From assembly GCF_009914755.1 (NCBI RefSeq), contig NC_060933.1: a stretch of DNA of 64,000 nt, one strand, 5' to 3'. This stretch comes from the human T2T-CHM13v2.0 reference genome, Homo sapiens. Below, in pieces: positions 31,484 through 42,829 of this stretch (its first letter is position 1; each line of letters opens with the position of its first letter). The notes beneath the pieces were generated by a model. That model saw only the letters and a list, made by a program, of their open reading frames with translations. It searched no databases and was not told the DNA's origin. Made by a program: the position numbers and the translations under genes.

Positions 31484-32632
31484 TCTATAGTTTTTCAGGA
31501 TCTTAAAACTAACACTTATAAAACTCTTATCTTGAGTCTAAAAATGACCTCATATAGTAGTGAGGAACATAATTCATGCAATTGTATTTTGTATACTATT
31601 ATTGTTCTTTCACTTATTCAGAACATTACATGCCTTCAAAATGGGATTGTACTATACCAGTAAGTGCCACTTCTGTGTCTTTCTAATGGAAATGAGTAGA
31701 ATTGCTGAAAGTCTCTATGTTAAAACCTATAGTGTTTGAATTCAAAAAGCTTATTTATCTGGGTAACCCAAACTTTTTCTGTTTTGTTTTTGGAAGGGTT
31801 TTTGTGGTATGTCATTTGGTATTCTATTCTGAAAATGCCTTTCTCCTACCAAAATGTGCTTAAGCCACTAAAGAAATGAAGTGGCATTAATTAGTAAATT
31901 ATTAGCATGGTCATGTTTGAATATTCTCACATCAAGCTTTTGCATTTTAATTGTGTTGTCTAAGTATACTTTTAAAAAATCAAGTGGCACTCTAGATGCT
32001 TATAGTACTTTAATATTTGTAGCATACAGACTAATTTTTCTAAAAGGGAAAGTCTGTCTAGCTGCTTGTGAAAAGTTATGTGGTATTCTGTAAGCCATTT
32101 TTTTCTTTATCTGTTCAAAGACTTATTTTTTAAGACATGAATTACATTTAAAATTAGAATATGGTTAATATTAAATAATAGGCCTTTTTCTAGGAAGGCG
32201 AAGGTAGTTAATAATTTGAATAGATAACAGATGTGCAAGAAAGTCACATTTGTTATGTATGTAGGAGTAAACGTTCGGTGGATCCTCTGTCTTTGTAACT
32301 GAGGTTAGAGCTAGTGTGGTTTTGAGGTCTCACTACACTTTGAGGAAGGCAGCTTTTAATTCAGTGTTTCCTTATGTGTGCGTACATTGCAACTGCTTAC
32401 ATGTAATTTATGTAATGCATTCAGTGCACCCTTGTTACTTGGGAGAGGTGGTAGCTAAAGAACATTCTGAGTATAGGTTTTTCTCCATTTACAGATGTCT
32501 TTGGTCAAATATTGAAAGCAAACTTGTCATGGTCTTCTTACATTAAGTTGAAACTAGCTTATAATAACTGGTTTTTACTTCCAATGCTATGAAGTCTCTG
32601 CAGGGCTTTTACAGTTTTCGAAGTCCTTTTAT

Positions 32633-35318
32633 CACTGTGATCTTATTCTGAGGGGAGAAAAAACTATCATAGCTCTGAGGCAAGACTTCGACTTTATAGT
32701 GCTATCAGTTCCCCGATACAGGGTCAGAGTAACCCATACAGTATTTTGGTCAGGAAGAGAAAGTGGCCATTTACACTGAATGAGTTGCATTCTGATAATG
32801 TCTTATCTCTTATACGTAGAATAAATTTGAAAGACTATTTGATCTTAAAACCAAAGTAATTTTAGAATGAGTGACATATTACATAGGAATTTAGTGTCAA
32901 TTTCATGTGTTTAAAAACATCATGGGAAAAATGCTTAGAGGTTACTATTTTGACTACAAAGTTGAGTTTTTTTCTGTAGTTACCATAATTTCATTGAAGC
33001 AAATGAATGAGTTTGAGAGGTTTGTTTTTATAGTTGTGTTGTATTACTTGTTTAATAATAATCTCTAATTCTGTGATCAGGTACTTTTTTTGTGGGGGTT
33101 TTTTTTTTGTTTTTTTTTTTTTGTTGTTGTTTTTGGGCCATTTCTAAGCCTACCAGATCTGCTTTATGAAATCCAGGGGACCAATGCATTTTATCACTAA
33201 AACTATTTTTATATAATTTTAAGAATATACCAAAAGTTGTCTGATTTAAAGTTGTAATACATGATTTCTCACTTTCATGTAAGGTTATCCACTTTTGCTG
33301 AAGATATTTTTTATTGAATCAAAGATTGAGTTACAATTATACTTTTCTTACCTAAGTGGATAAAATGTACTTTTGATGAATCAGGGAATTTTTTTAAAGT
33401 TGGAGTTTAGTTCTAAATTGACTTTACGTATTACTGCAGTTAATTCCTTTTTTGGCTAGGGATGGTTTGATAAACCACAATTGGCTGATATTGAAAATGA
33501 AAGAAACTTAAAAGGTGGGATGGATCATGATTACTGTCGATAACTGCAGATAAATTTGATTAGAGTAATAATTTTGTCATTTAAAAACACAGTTGTTTAT
33601 ACTGCCCATCCTAGGATGCTCACCTTCCAAGATTCAACGTGGCTAAAACATCTTCTGGTAAATTGTGCGTCCATATTCATTTTGTCAGTAGCCAGGAGAA
33701 ATGGGGATGGGGGAAATACGACTTAGTGAGGCATAGACATCCCTGGTCCATCCTTTCTGTCTCCAGCTGTTTCTTGGAACCTGCTCTCCTGCTTGCTGGT
33801 CCCTGACGCAGAGACCGTTGCCTCCCCCACAGCCGTTTGACTGAAGGCTGCTCTGGAGACCTAGAGTAAAACGGCTGATGGAAGTTGTGGGACCCACTTC
33901 CATTTCCTTCAGTCATTAGAGGTGGAAGGGAGGGGTCTCCAAGTTTGGAGATTGAGCAGATGAGGCTTGGGATGCCCCTGCTTTGACTTCAGCCATGGAT
34001 GAGGAGTGGGATGGCAGCAAGGTGGCTCCTGTGGCAGTGGAGTTGTGCCAGAAACAGTGGCCAGTTGTATCGCCTATAAGACAGGGTAAGGTCTGAAGAG
34101 CTGAGCCTGTAATTCTGCTGTAATAATGATAGTGCTCAAGAAGTGCCTTGAGTTGGTGTACAGTGCCATGGCCATCAAGAATCCCAGATTTCAGGTTTTA
34201 TTACAAAATGTAAGTGGTCACTTGGCGATTTTGTAGTACATGCATGAGTTACCTTTTTTCTCTATGTCTGAGAACTGTCAGATTAAAACAAGATGGCAAA
34301 GAGATCGTTAGAGTGCACAACAAAATCACTATCCCATTAGACACATCATCAAAAGCTTATTTTTATTCTTGCACTGGAAGAATCGTAAGTCAACTGTTTC
34401 TTGACCATGGCAGTGTTCTGGCTCCAAATGGTAGTGATTCCAAATAATGGTTCTGTTAACACTTTGGCAGAAAATGCCAGCTCAGATATTTTGAGATACT
34501 AAGGATTATCTTTGGACATGTACTGCAGCTTCTTGTCTCTGTTTTGGATTACTGGAATACCCATGGGCCCTCTCAAGAGTGCTGGACTTCTAGGACATTA
34601 AGATGATTGTCAGTACATTAAACTTTTCAATCCCATTATGCAATCTTGTTTGTAAATGTAAACTTCTAAAAATATGGTTAATAACATTCAACCTGTTTAT
34701 TACAACTTAAAAGGAACTTCAGTGAATTTGTTTTTATTTTTTAACAAGATTTGTGAACTGAATATCATGAACCATGTTTTGATACCCCTTTTTCACGTTG
34801 TGCCAACGGAATAGGGTGTTTGATATTTCTTCATATGTTAAGGAGATGCTTCAAAATGTCAATTGCTTTAAACTTAAATTACCTCTCAAGAGACCAAGGT
34901 ACATTTACCTCATTGTGTATATAATGTTTAATATTTGTCAGAGCATTCTCCAGGTTTGCAGTTTTATTTCTATAAAGTATGGGTATTATGTTGCTCAGTT
35001 ACTCAAATGGTACTGTATTGTTTATATTTGTACCCCAAATAACATCGTCTGTACTTTCTGTTTTCTGTATTGTATTTGTGCAGGATTCTTTAGGCTTTAT
35101 CAGTGTAATCTCTGCCTTTTAAGATATGTACAGAAAATGTCCATATAAATTTCCATTGAAGTCGAATGATACTGAGAAGCCTGTAAAGAGGAGAAAAAAA
35201 CATAAGCTGTGTTTCCCCATAAGTTTTTTTAAATTGTATATTGTATTTGTAGTAATATTCCAAAAGAATGTAAATAGGAAATAGAAGAGTGATGCTTATG
35301 TTAAGTCCTAACACTACA
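32633..35318 (+). promoter_or_regulatory. Further isolated miRNA seed matches in the distal UTR
   Basis: CACTGTGA 32633 (miR-128), GGGACCAA 33177 (miR-133), GTACTGTA 35010 (miR-101), ACACTACA 35311 (miR-142-3p). Confidence 0.55.
34906..34912 (+). promoter_or_regulatory. let-7 7mer-A1 site
   Basis: TACCTCA. Confidence 0.7.
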
Positions 35319-35341
35319 GTAGAAGAATGGAAGCAGTGCAA

Positions 35342-35387
35342 ATAAATTACATTTTTCCCAAGTGCCAGTGGCATATTTTAAAATAAA
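35342..35387 (+). terminator. Tandem AATAAA poly(A) signals
   Basis: AATAAA at 35342-35347 and 35382-35387, preceded by many TGTA motifs and followed by GT-rich sequence. Confidence 0.7.
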
Positions 35388-36064
35388 GTGTATACGTTGG
35401 AATGAGTCATGCCATATGTAGTTGCTGTAGATGGCAACTAGAACCTTTGAGTTACAAGAGTCTTTAGAAGTTTTCTAACCCTGCCTAGTGCAAGTTACAA
35501 TATTATAGCGTGTTCGGGGAGTGCCCTCCTGTCTGCAGGTGTGTCTCTGTGCCTGGGGGCTTTTCTCCACATGCTTAGGGGTGTGGGTCTTCCATTGGGG
35601 CATGATGGACCTGTCTACAGGTGATCTCTGTTGCCTTTGGGTCAGCACATTTGTTAGTCTCCTGGGGGTGAAAACTTGGCTTACAAGAGAACTGGAAAAA
35701 TGATGAGATGTGGTCCCCAAACCCTTGATTGACTCTGGGGAGGGGCTTTGTGAATAGGATTGCTCTCACATTAAAGATAGTTACTTCAATTTGAAGGCTG
35801 GATTTAGGGATTTTTTTTTTTCCTTATAACAAAGACATCACCAGGATATGAAGCTTTTGTTGAAAGTTGGAAAAAAAGTGAAATTAAAGACATTCCCAGA
35901 CAAATACTAAGACAATTTGTTGCCTATGGACGTCTGCCTTACAAGAAATACTAAATCCTTCACACAGAAAATAAATGACACCAGATGGTAACCTGAATCC
36001 ACAGGATGAAATGAAGAGCACCAGAAATGGTGGATATATGTACAACTAGCAAAGACTGTATGAT

Positions 36065-36660
36065 TGTATAGCTGCCATAAATTACTACAAATGCCCTGGC
36101 TTAAAGCAACACCTATTTATGATCTCAGAATTCCATAATTCAGAAGTCTAGGCATAGCTCAGATGGTTCTCTGCTCCATATTTTAAAAGGTCAAAATGAA
36201 GGCATTGGCTGGGCAACATTCTTTTCTGGAGGCTCGGATGAATAGGCTTCCAAGCTCATTGAGGTTGTTGGCAGAATTCAGCTCCATATGGTTGTAAGAC
36301 AGGTTGGCCAGGGGTGGTTGTCAGTTTCTAGAAGCCACTCAAATTCTTTGGCTCGTGGTTCCCTCCTCCATCATCAAAACCAGCAGCAATGGGTTGAATC
36401 ATCCTTGCACTTTTCTCGGATCTCCCCTTCTGCCTCATCTCTCCACTGTCTCTTCCACTGCATCTCTCTAATGCTTCTGCTTCCCTCTTCTGCTTTTAAG
36501 GGGCCATGTGATTACTCAGGGGGCCATCTGGATAATCCAGGATAATTACCCTATTTAGTAACCTCAGTTTTACCTGCAAAGTGCATTCACTGCAGTACCA
36601 AGATTAGTATTTGATTAAATAACTAGAGAATGGGAATCTTGGGGAAATAATTTGCCTACC
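36065..36660 (-). mobile_element. MLT1 (ERVL-MaLR) LTR nested in the L1
   Basis: gctgccataaattactacaaa...ggcttaaagcaaca...ggataatccaggataat...tgcctacca. Confidence 0.8.
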
Positions 36661-39600
36661 AAAATAAATGTAAGTTATCTTTCAGTAGCATAAGACTATA
36701 TAGTAATTACATCACCATACTGTTGGGTTTACAATATAGGTGCAGTGTATATTAATAACAAAGGAGTGGGTAGGAAATGGAACTCTATTGGGACAAAGAT
36801 GTATCTTATTAGAATTAATTAGTCCTAATTTGAAGATGATTGTAATAAATTGAAATGCATGCTGTAGAGCCTGGAGTAACCACTGAAGCATCAATTTAAA
36901 AATAAATTAAAAAAAACAAAATGGTACACCAAGAAATATTTAACACAAAAGGCAGAAAGAAAGAAGCAAAATGATAGACATTTGGAAAACAAATAGCAAA
37001 ATGGCAGCCATAAGTAATCATGCCAATAATTTCATTAAATGTGAATGGACTAAATAGTTAAAAGGTAGAGATGGTCAGGATGGATTTAAAAAGAAAAAAC
37101 TATATGGTGTTCACAGAGGCACACTGTAGATTCAAAGACCAATAGCTGTAAAGTGAAAGTATGGAAAAATATAACATGCAAACAGTAATCGTAAGAGAGC
37201 TGGAATGTCTATATCAGTACAGTGGGCTTTAAGACAAATATTACTGGAAATATAGGATATTTTAAAAAGCCAATATATCAGATATAACAGTTAACATATG
37301 TATATGCACCTAACAGGACCCCAAAATAACGAGAAAAATGATAGAATTGAGAGGAGAAATGGACAATTTAATAATATTTGGAGATTTTGACACCTACAAT
37401 AATTGATAGAATGACTCAATTGAGAATCACAGGCATACAAAAGAATGCTGTCAGCCAAATTGTCCAAACATTTACCACCACCCACCACGAACAGAATGCA
37501 CACTCTTTGCTAGTGCACATGGAACATTCTCCAGGGGAAACCACATGCTATTTCATAAAAGAAGTCTCAGTGAATTAAAAGGGATGAAATAGTAGGAAGT
37601 ATGTTCTCCAACCATGTTGAAATTAGAAGTCAACAGAAAATTGCAAATCCCAAAATATTCGGAAATTGAATCACACATTTCTAAAAAACCCATGTATTGA
37701 AGAAGTCACAAAGGAAGTTAGAAAATTTTAAACAAATGAAAAAGTACAGCATGTCAAAATTTATAGTGTACAGCTAATGCACTGTTTAAAGGGAAATTTA
37801 CACTTTTAAATACCTATACTTTAGAAGTATTAAAGCCAGTGGGGATAGCTGCAAAAATACTTAAAACACAATATTAGGAAACTGAATCCAACAACAGATA
37901 AAAGGATTTATACACCAGGACCAAATGGGCCATATCCTAGGACTGTAAGCTTCATTTAACATCAAAAAAATCAATGTATTATACCATACTAATAGAAGAA
38001 ACAATAAAACCCATATTATTATAATAACTAAATAGCCAAAGGAAAGAATATTTGACAGAATTCAGCACCCATTCGTGATGAAAACTCAGCAAACTAGAAA
38101 TAGAAGGCAACTTCCTCAACCTAGTGAAGGGCATCGATAAAAAACTCACAGCCAACATACTTGATGGTGAAAGAATACTTTTCTCCTTAAATCAGAAACA
38201 AGTCGAGAACATCCTTTCATCATTTCTATTCAATGTTGTCATGGAGGTTCTGTCCAGTCCCTGTTCCCTCTCCCTACAAAAAGACTAGAAAGACATTAGG
38301 TTGGGGAAAAAAGTAAAACTGTCTTTATTAAGAAATATTACCTGTCAGATTCTAAAGAATCCACCGGAAAAAATTTTTTTTTTGAAGCTACAAGACCTAA
38401 TTCAGCAAGCAAGGTTGTAGGATACACAATCAATATTAAAAATTGACATTATATTAGCAATGAACGATACCTTCAAAAGTAAACTCAGAATAGCGTCAAA
38501 AAGAATATAATAATACATTTATTTAATTGAAAAAATATTGCCGAGAGAAATCAAAGGATCTAAATGAGAACTTCCATGCTCATGGATTAGAGAATTCAAC
38601 AGTGTTATGATGGCAATTCTCCCCAAATTGTTCTATAGATTCAACTCAATCCCTAGCGATATTCCAGAAAGGTTTTTCTTTAAATTCACAAGCTGATCCT
38701 AAAACTTAACATGGAAATGCAAAATGTCTAAAAGATCCTAAATGATTTTGAAATGCACAAAATTGGAGGAATTGCCTTACCCAGTTTCAAAACTTACTGT
38801 AAAGCAACAATAATCAAGACTGTTTATTGACACAAGGATAGTCAGTCATATACAGCAACAGGACAGAATTAAGAGTCCAGAAATAAGCCCTCACAGACGA
38901 CCAACGGACTTTCAAGATATGTGCAAAGATAATTCAACAGGAGAAAAGACAGTCATTTCAATAAATGGTGCTGAGACAATTGGATATCTGTATTTTAAAA
39001 GGAAGGAAAAAAGGAAGAAAGTTAATTAGACCCTCAGCTCATTATGCACCTAAAGGTAAGAGCTAAAGCTATACAACTTCTAGAAGAAAACAGGAGAAAA
39101 TCTTTGTGATGTTAGGTTAGGCAAAGATTTTAATAGGACTTCAAAAGCAAAATTTATTAAAAACCAGTTGATAAATTGGACTTCACCACAATTAAAATAT
39201 TTGGGGCTTTAAAAAACAAGAGAATGAAAAGATGAGCCAAAGACTGGCATAAAGTATTTGCAAATCATACATCTGATAAGAGATTTGTATTCAGAATATA
39301 TAAAGAACTCTTACAATTCAATAAGAATACAAATGGCCCAATTAAAAATTGGTGAACAAATTCATTGCTCAGAGATTGGGTATGGTAGAGTTAATTCTAA
39401 ATTCTGTATTTGGGTATTAATGTTTAAATGGTAATTCGGCAACAGTTGATAAAGTGAAGCTCTAAATACCATGAATTATGTGTAGGACTGTGACAAAAAA
39501 AGTAAAAATAAAAACTGGTCAAAAGATTTGACATTTTCCCAAGAAGATATATGAATGGCTAATAAACATAATTCTTTATAAAGACTAGATGAAATTAAAA

Positions 39601-39805
39601 CCACAATGAGAAACCACTCCTCACACACTCAAATGATTATAGTTTTTAAAAAGACAGATAGCCAAGTGTCAATAAAGATGAGAAAAAGATGAATCTCACA
39701 CATTGCTGGAATGTAAACAGTCCCTTTGGAAAACAGATTGCAGTATCTTAAGAGGTTAAATAGAAACCTATTATGTAACCCAGTAATATCATTTCTAGGT
39801 ATCAG

Positions 39806-39991
39806 TAGAGGTGCCAGATAAAATACAGGAGGCTCAGTTAAATTTGTGTGTCAGATAAAAACAATTTTTTAGTATAAGTTTGTCCCACATATTGCATGGA
39901 ACATGTTTATACTAAAAAAAAGTATTGTTTATCTGACATTTAAATTTAACTCGGCTTCCTGTATTTTAACTTGCTAAATCTGGCAACTCTA
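39806..39991. mobile_element. MER53 palindromic MITE nested in the L1
   Basis: tagaggtgccagataaaatacagga...ttttttagtataagtttgtcccacatattgcatggaacatgtttatactaaaaaa...tctggcaactcta. Confidence 0.88.
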
Positions 39992-40262
39992 ATCCAAGAA
40001 AAATTAAAACATATGTCCACACAAAGACCTGTAGGTGAATATTCACAGCAGCATAATTCCTAATAGTCAAAAATGGAAACAAGCTAAATGTCCATCATCT
40101 GGTGAATTGATATTTAAGAGGTAAGGTATTTATACCATGGTTTATAAGACTGCTTGATCCTTGTTATAATGTGGATGACCTCAAAACCCTCATGCTAAGT
40201 GAAGGAAGTGGGATGAAAAGGTTGCAGAAAGGCACAAGGGAGCTTTTTCGGATGATGGGAAT

Positions 40263-40936
40263 TGAGGCAGGAGAATAGGGTCTGGAGGCAGGGAACCTAA
40301 GGCTCTTTCACCCTGACTTCCTAGAACTAAATTGAAAGGAAAACCCTAACTTTCCACGCCTAAGTAAAAAAAGGACCAGAGGCTGCAGATGGGAAATCTG
40401 TCTGCAACAAATCAGACTGAGTACCAGTGGAGTCTTCGTTTGCAACTTTGTGACTTAGCTCCAGCCTCTGAATGGTTGCCGTCCACAATCAACCAGACTG
40501 ATTGCAGGCTTAGTCAGTCTTCATTTGCACAGAAGTATAACTTTGTAACTTCACCGTAGCCTCTGATTGGTTGCCTTTACCAATCAGATGTTTGCACAGG
40601 AGTGTGACCTTTGTAACTTCAGCCTCTGGTTGGCTGCTTTCTGCAACCAATCAGACTGATTGAGGGCTACCACTTCATTTACATGAAGTATGCATGAAGT
40701 GGCCAATGGGAAACTTCTGGGGGGTATTTGGACCAAAGAAGATTCTGTATTGGGGGCTCTTGAGTAGCTGCTCAGGCTGCTCCCACACTGTGGAGTGTAC
40801 TTTTGTTTTCAATACATCCCTGCTTTCCTTCTTTTGTTGCTTCATTCTTTCTTTGCTTTGCTGGGCGTTTTGTTCAACTCTGTTCAAAACGCCAGGAATC
40901 TGGACAACTTGCAGTTACGACCTTCTACTGGTGACA
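40263..40936 (+). mobile_element. MER51-type ERV1 solo LTR nested in the L1 3' end
   Basis: TGAGGCAGGAGAATAGGGTCTGGAGGCAGGGAACCTAAGGC start, ...GGTGACA end, 4-bp TSD GAAT on both sides. Confidence 0.92.
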
Positions 40937-41086
40937 GAATGTTTCAAAGCTTGATTTTGGTGATGGATTCAGAACTCCGTAAATTTACTAAACATTGTGC
41001 ACATGAAATGGGGAAATTTTATGGTGTGTAAACTATATCTCAATACGTCTGTTAAAGGAAAAAAAAGTAAAACTCGCCTTTGCCAG

Positions 41087-41401
41087 TTTTTGTTGTTGTT
41101 GTTTGTTTTTTGTTTTTTCTTTAAACAGGGACTCTCTGTCACCCAGGCTGGAGAGCAGTGGTGCGATCACAGCTCCGGGCAACCTCGACTTTCCCGGGTT
41201 CAAGTGATTCTCGCCCATCAGCATCTCGAGTAGCTGGGACTACAGGCACCAGCCAGCACCCCAGGCTAATTTTTGTATTTTTTAGTAGATACGGGGTTTC
41301 AGCGTGTAGCCCAGGCTAGTCTCGAACTCCTGAGCTCAGGTGATCCGTCCGCGTCAGCCTCCCAAAGTGCTGGGATTACAGGCGTGAGCCACTGCACCGG
41401 G
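41087..41401 (-). mobile_element. AluJ-like, CpG-rich
   Basis: Antisense dimeric Alu with J-type gcgatcacagctc. Confidence 0.93.
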
Positions 41402-42829
41402 TCTCACCTTACCATTCTTGCCACCCACCATACTTCCTTCATCTGTCCGCCATGCTGCATGTCCCGACGCACCCTGCTTCCTGCCTTTCTGCTAGGCTCC
41501 GCCCTTCGCTGGAACTGCATTTTTCCCTCTCCTCTGCCTTGCTAACTTGAATCAACCCCAAGGCTCAGGTCGGAAGGCATTTCCTCCACTATTGTTGCGC
41601 ATCCTGCCTGCTGGCAAATCATTGATCCCCTGCTGCATTTCCAAATCACTTACCTCATTTCATTGCACATCGTTCCTGTTTTAATCCCCTTAGGGAGTTA
41701 GGACTCTTGCTCTCCCTCTCTTCCCTTGAGAGAAGCAGACGGTTTCTGTGTATTTTCCTGTCCAAGCACCTAACGTGAAAATTAACAAAATAGTTTGAGT
41801 GCTTATTTTTGGTGCTAACTCTGCTGGGTCCTTGGATGCTCCGGGAGTCTGGCATGTTTGGGGTGCTTTGTCAAAATTTTTAGGGGTCTTCCCTAAATGG
41901 CTCCCACCACACTCTGTTTCCAATGCCGCATCATTTCGTACACATGCCTCCCTCTAAGCCCTTGTATTAATTTTACGTCTCTGTGTTGTTCCAAGGCTTG
42001 CTGCTGCAACTAGCTATGAATGCCTGGAGAACAGGGACTCTGTCTGATTCATTTCTGTGAAGCTCTTGCCTAGTCCAGGGCTTGGCTCAGAGCACGCACT
42101 AAGAGGAGCTTGTTGAATGAACGAATATTCAATTAAAGGAATCCCAAATGAATATGAACCAATCTAACAGAATGTCGCTATGGAGATGGATATTTACTTC
42201 ATCAATAAGGAGAGTCCTTCATCCTGGGGCTCCCCAAATGCAAGGCCTACAAGTTTTTTTATAAAGGGATTTCTTACTGCCCCACCAATTTCTGGCCTCC
42301 CCTTGCTATTCCGTTTATTTATTCCATCAACTACTTCCATTTTTTTTATTGGTTTATATTTTTCTCATATTTGATGGCATTCTTTTTAAAACAATGAGCT
42401 CTCCTTAGTCAGAACCCAGCACCTTTTAGTAAGATGGAAGTTTGGGATCTTCTGATTTGAATTACGTAAAGTGAAAGAATATTTTTACATTCTTGATACT
42501 TATTCTCAATTTTGCATTCTCTTTATGGCACATTGACTGTATAATAAATCCTGTACATATTATTCATCTCTTTATATTTCTTTTCTTGTACTGTTCTCCC
42601 AAATGAAAACCAGAATTCTTATTCACAGCAATTTAGACCAGCCCAGCTTATGAGCAGAGTGATACAGGTCATTTTGGAAGTCTTTCCAGCTCTATTATTT
42701 TGTGATTCTCATATAGTTCTTACTTTTTTTTTTAACCAATGATTGAATGAAATCTGTTTTGATCATATTGGGATGTTCATATTTTCAACCTTTATTCATT
42801 TGTTTATTCTCTCAAGTTCCTTTTTATGT

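Larger units (their letters stand above)
31018..35905 (+). other. TGFBR1: TGFBR1 long 3'UTR (3' end approximate, alternative poly(A) sites)
   Basis: AT-rich, Alu-free stretch after the stop; AATAAA at 31143, 32820, 35342, 35382 and ATTAAA at 35883; many seed matches to conserved miRNA families. Confidence 0.8.
35860..41070 (+). mobile_element. Old L1M element (end of ORF1, degraded ORF2, 3'UTR) with nested insertions
   Basis: gaaattaaagacattcccagacaaa (ORF1 end), ttaaatgtgaatggactaaa (endonuclease start), ataaatggtgctgagacaattggata, catatgtccacacaaagacctgta; no open ORF. Confidence 0.88.

Noticed and set aside
33830-33914. Calling the UTR structure a bona fide HDV-like ribozyme
   Set aside because: Helix order matches, but the 3-bp P3, conserved L3, P1.1 and the catalytic-C J4/2 are missing; kept only as a structural candidate
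34798-35374. 116-aa (+) and 94-aa (-) ORFs in the 3'UTR
   Set aside because: The + ORF has a non-ATG start; both show the Y/I/C/F-rich composition expected from AT-rich DNA and no recognisable domain
40400-40700. Spaced repeats resembling a CRISPR-like array
   Set aside because: Internal tandem repeats of the MER51 LTR in eukaryotic DNA; no unique spacers or cas genes
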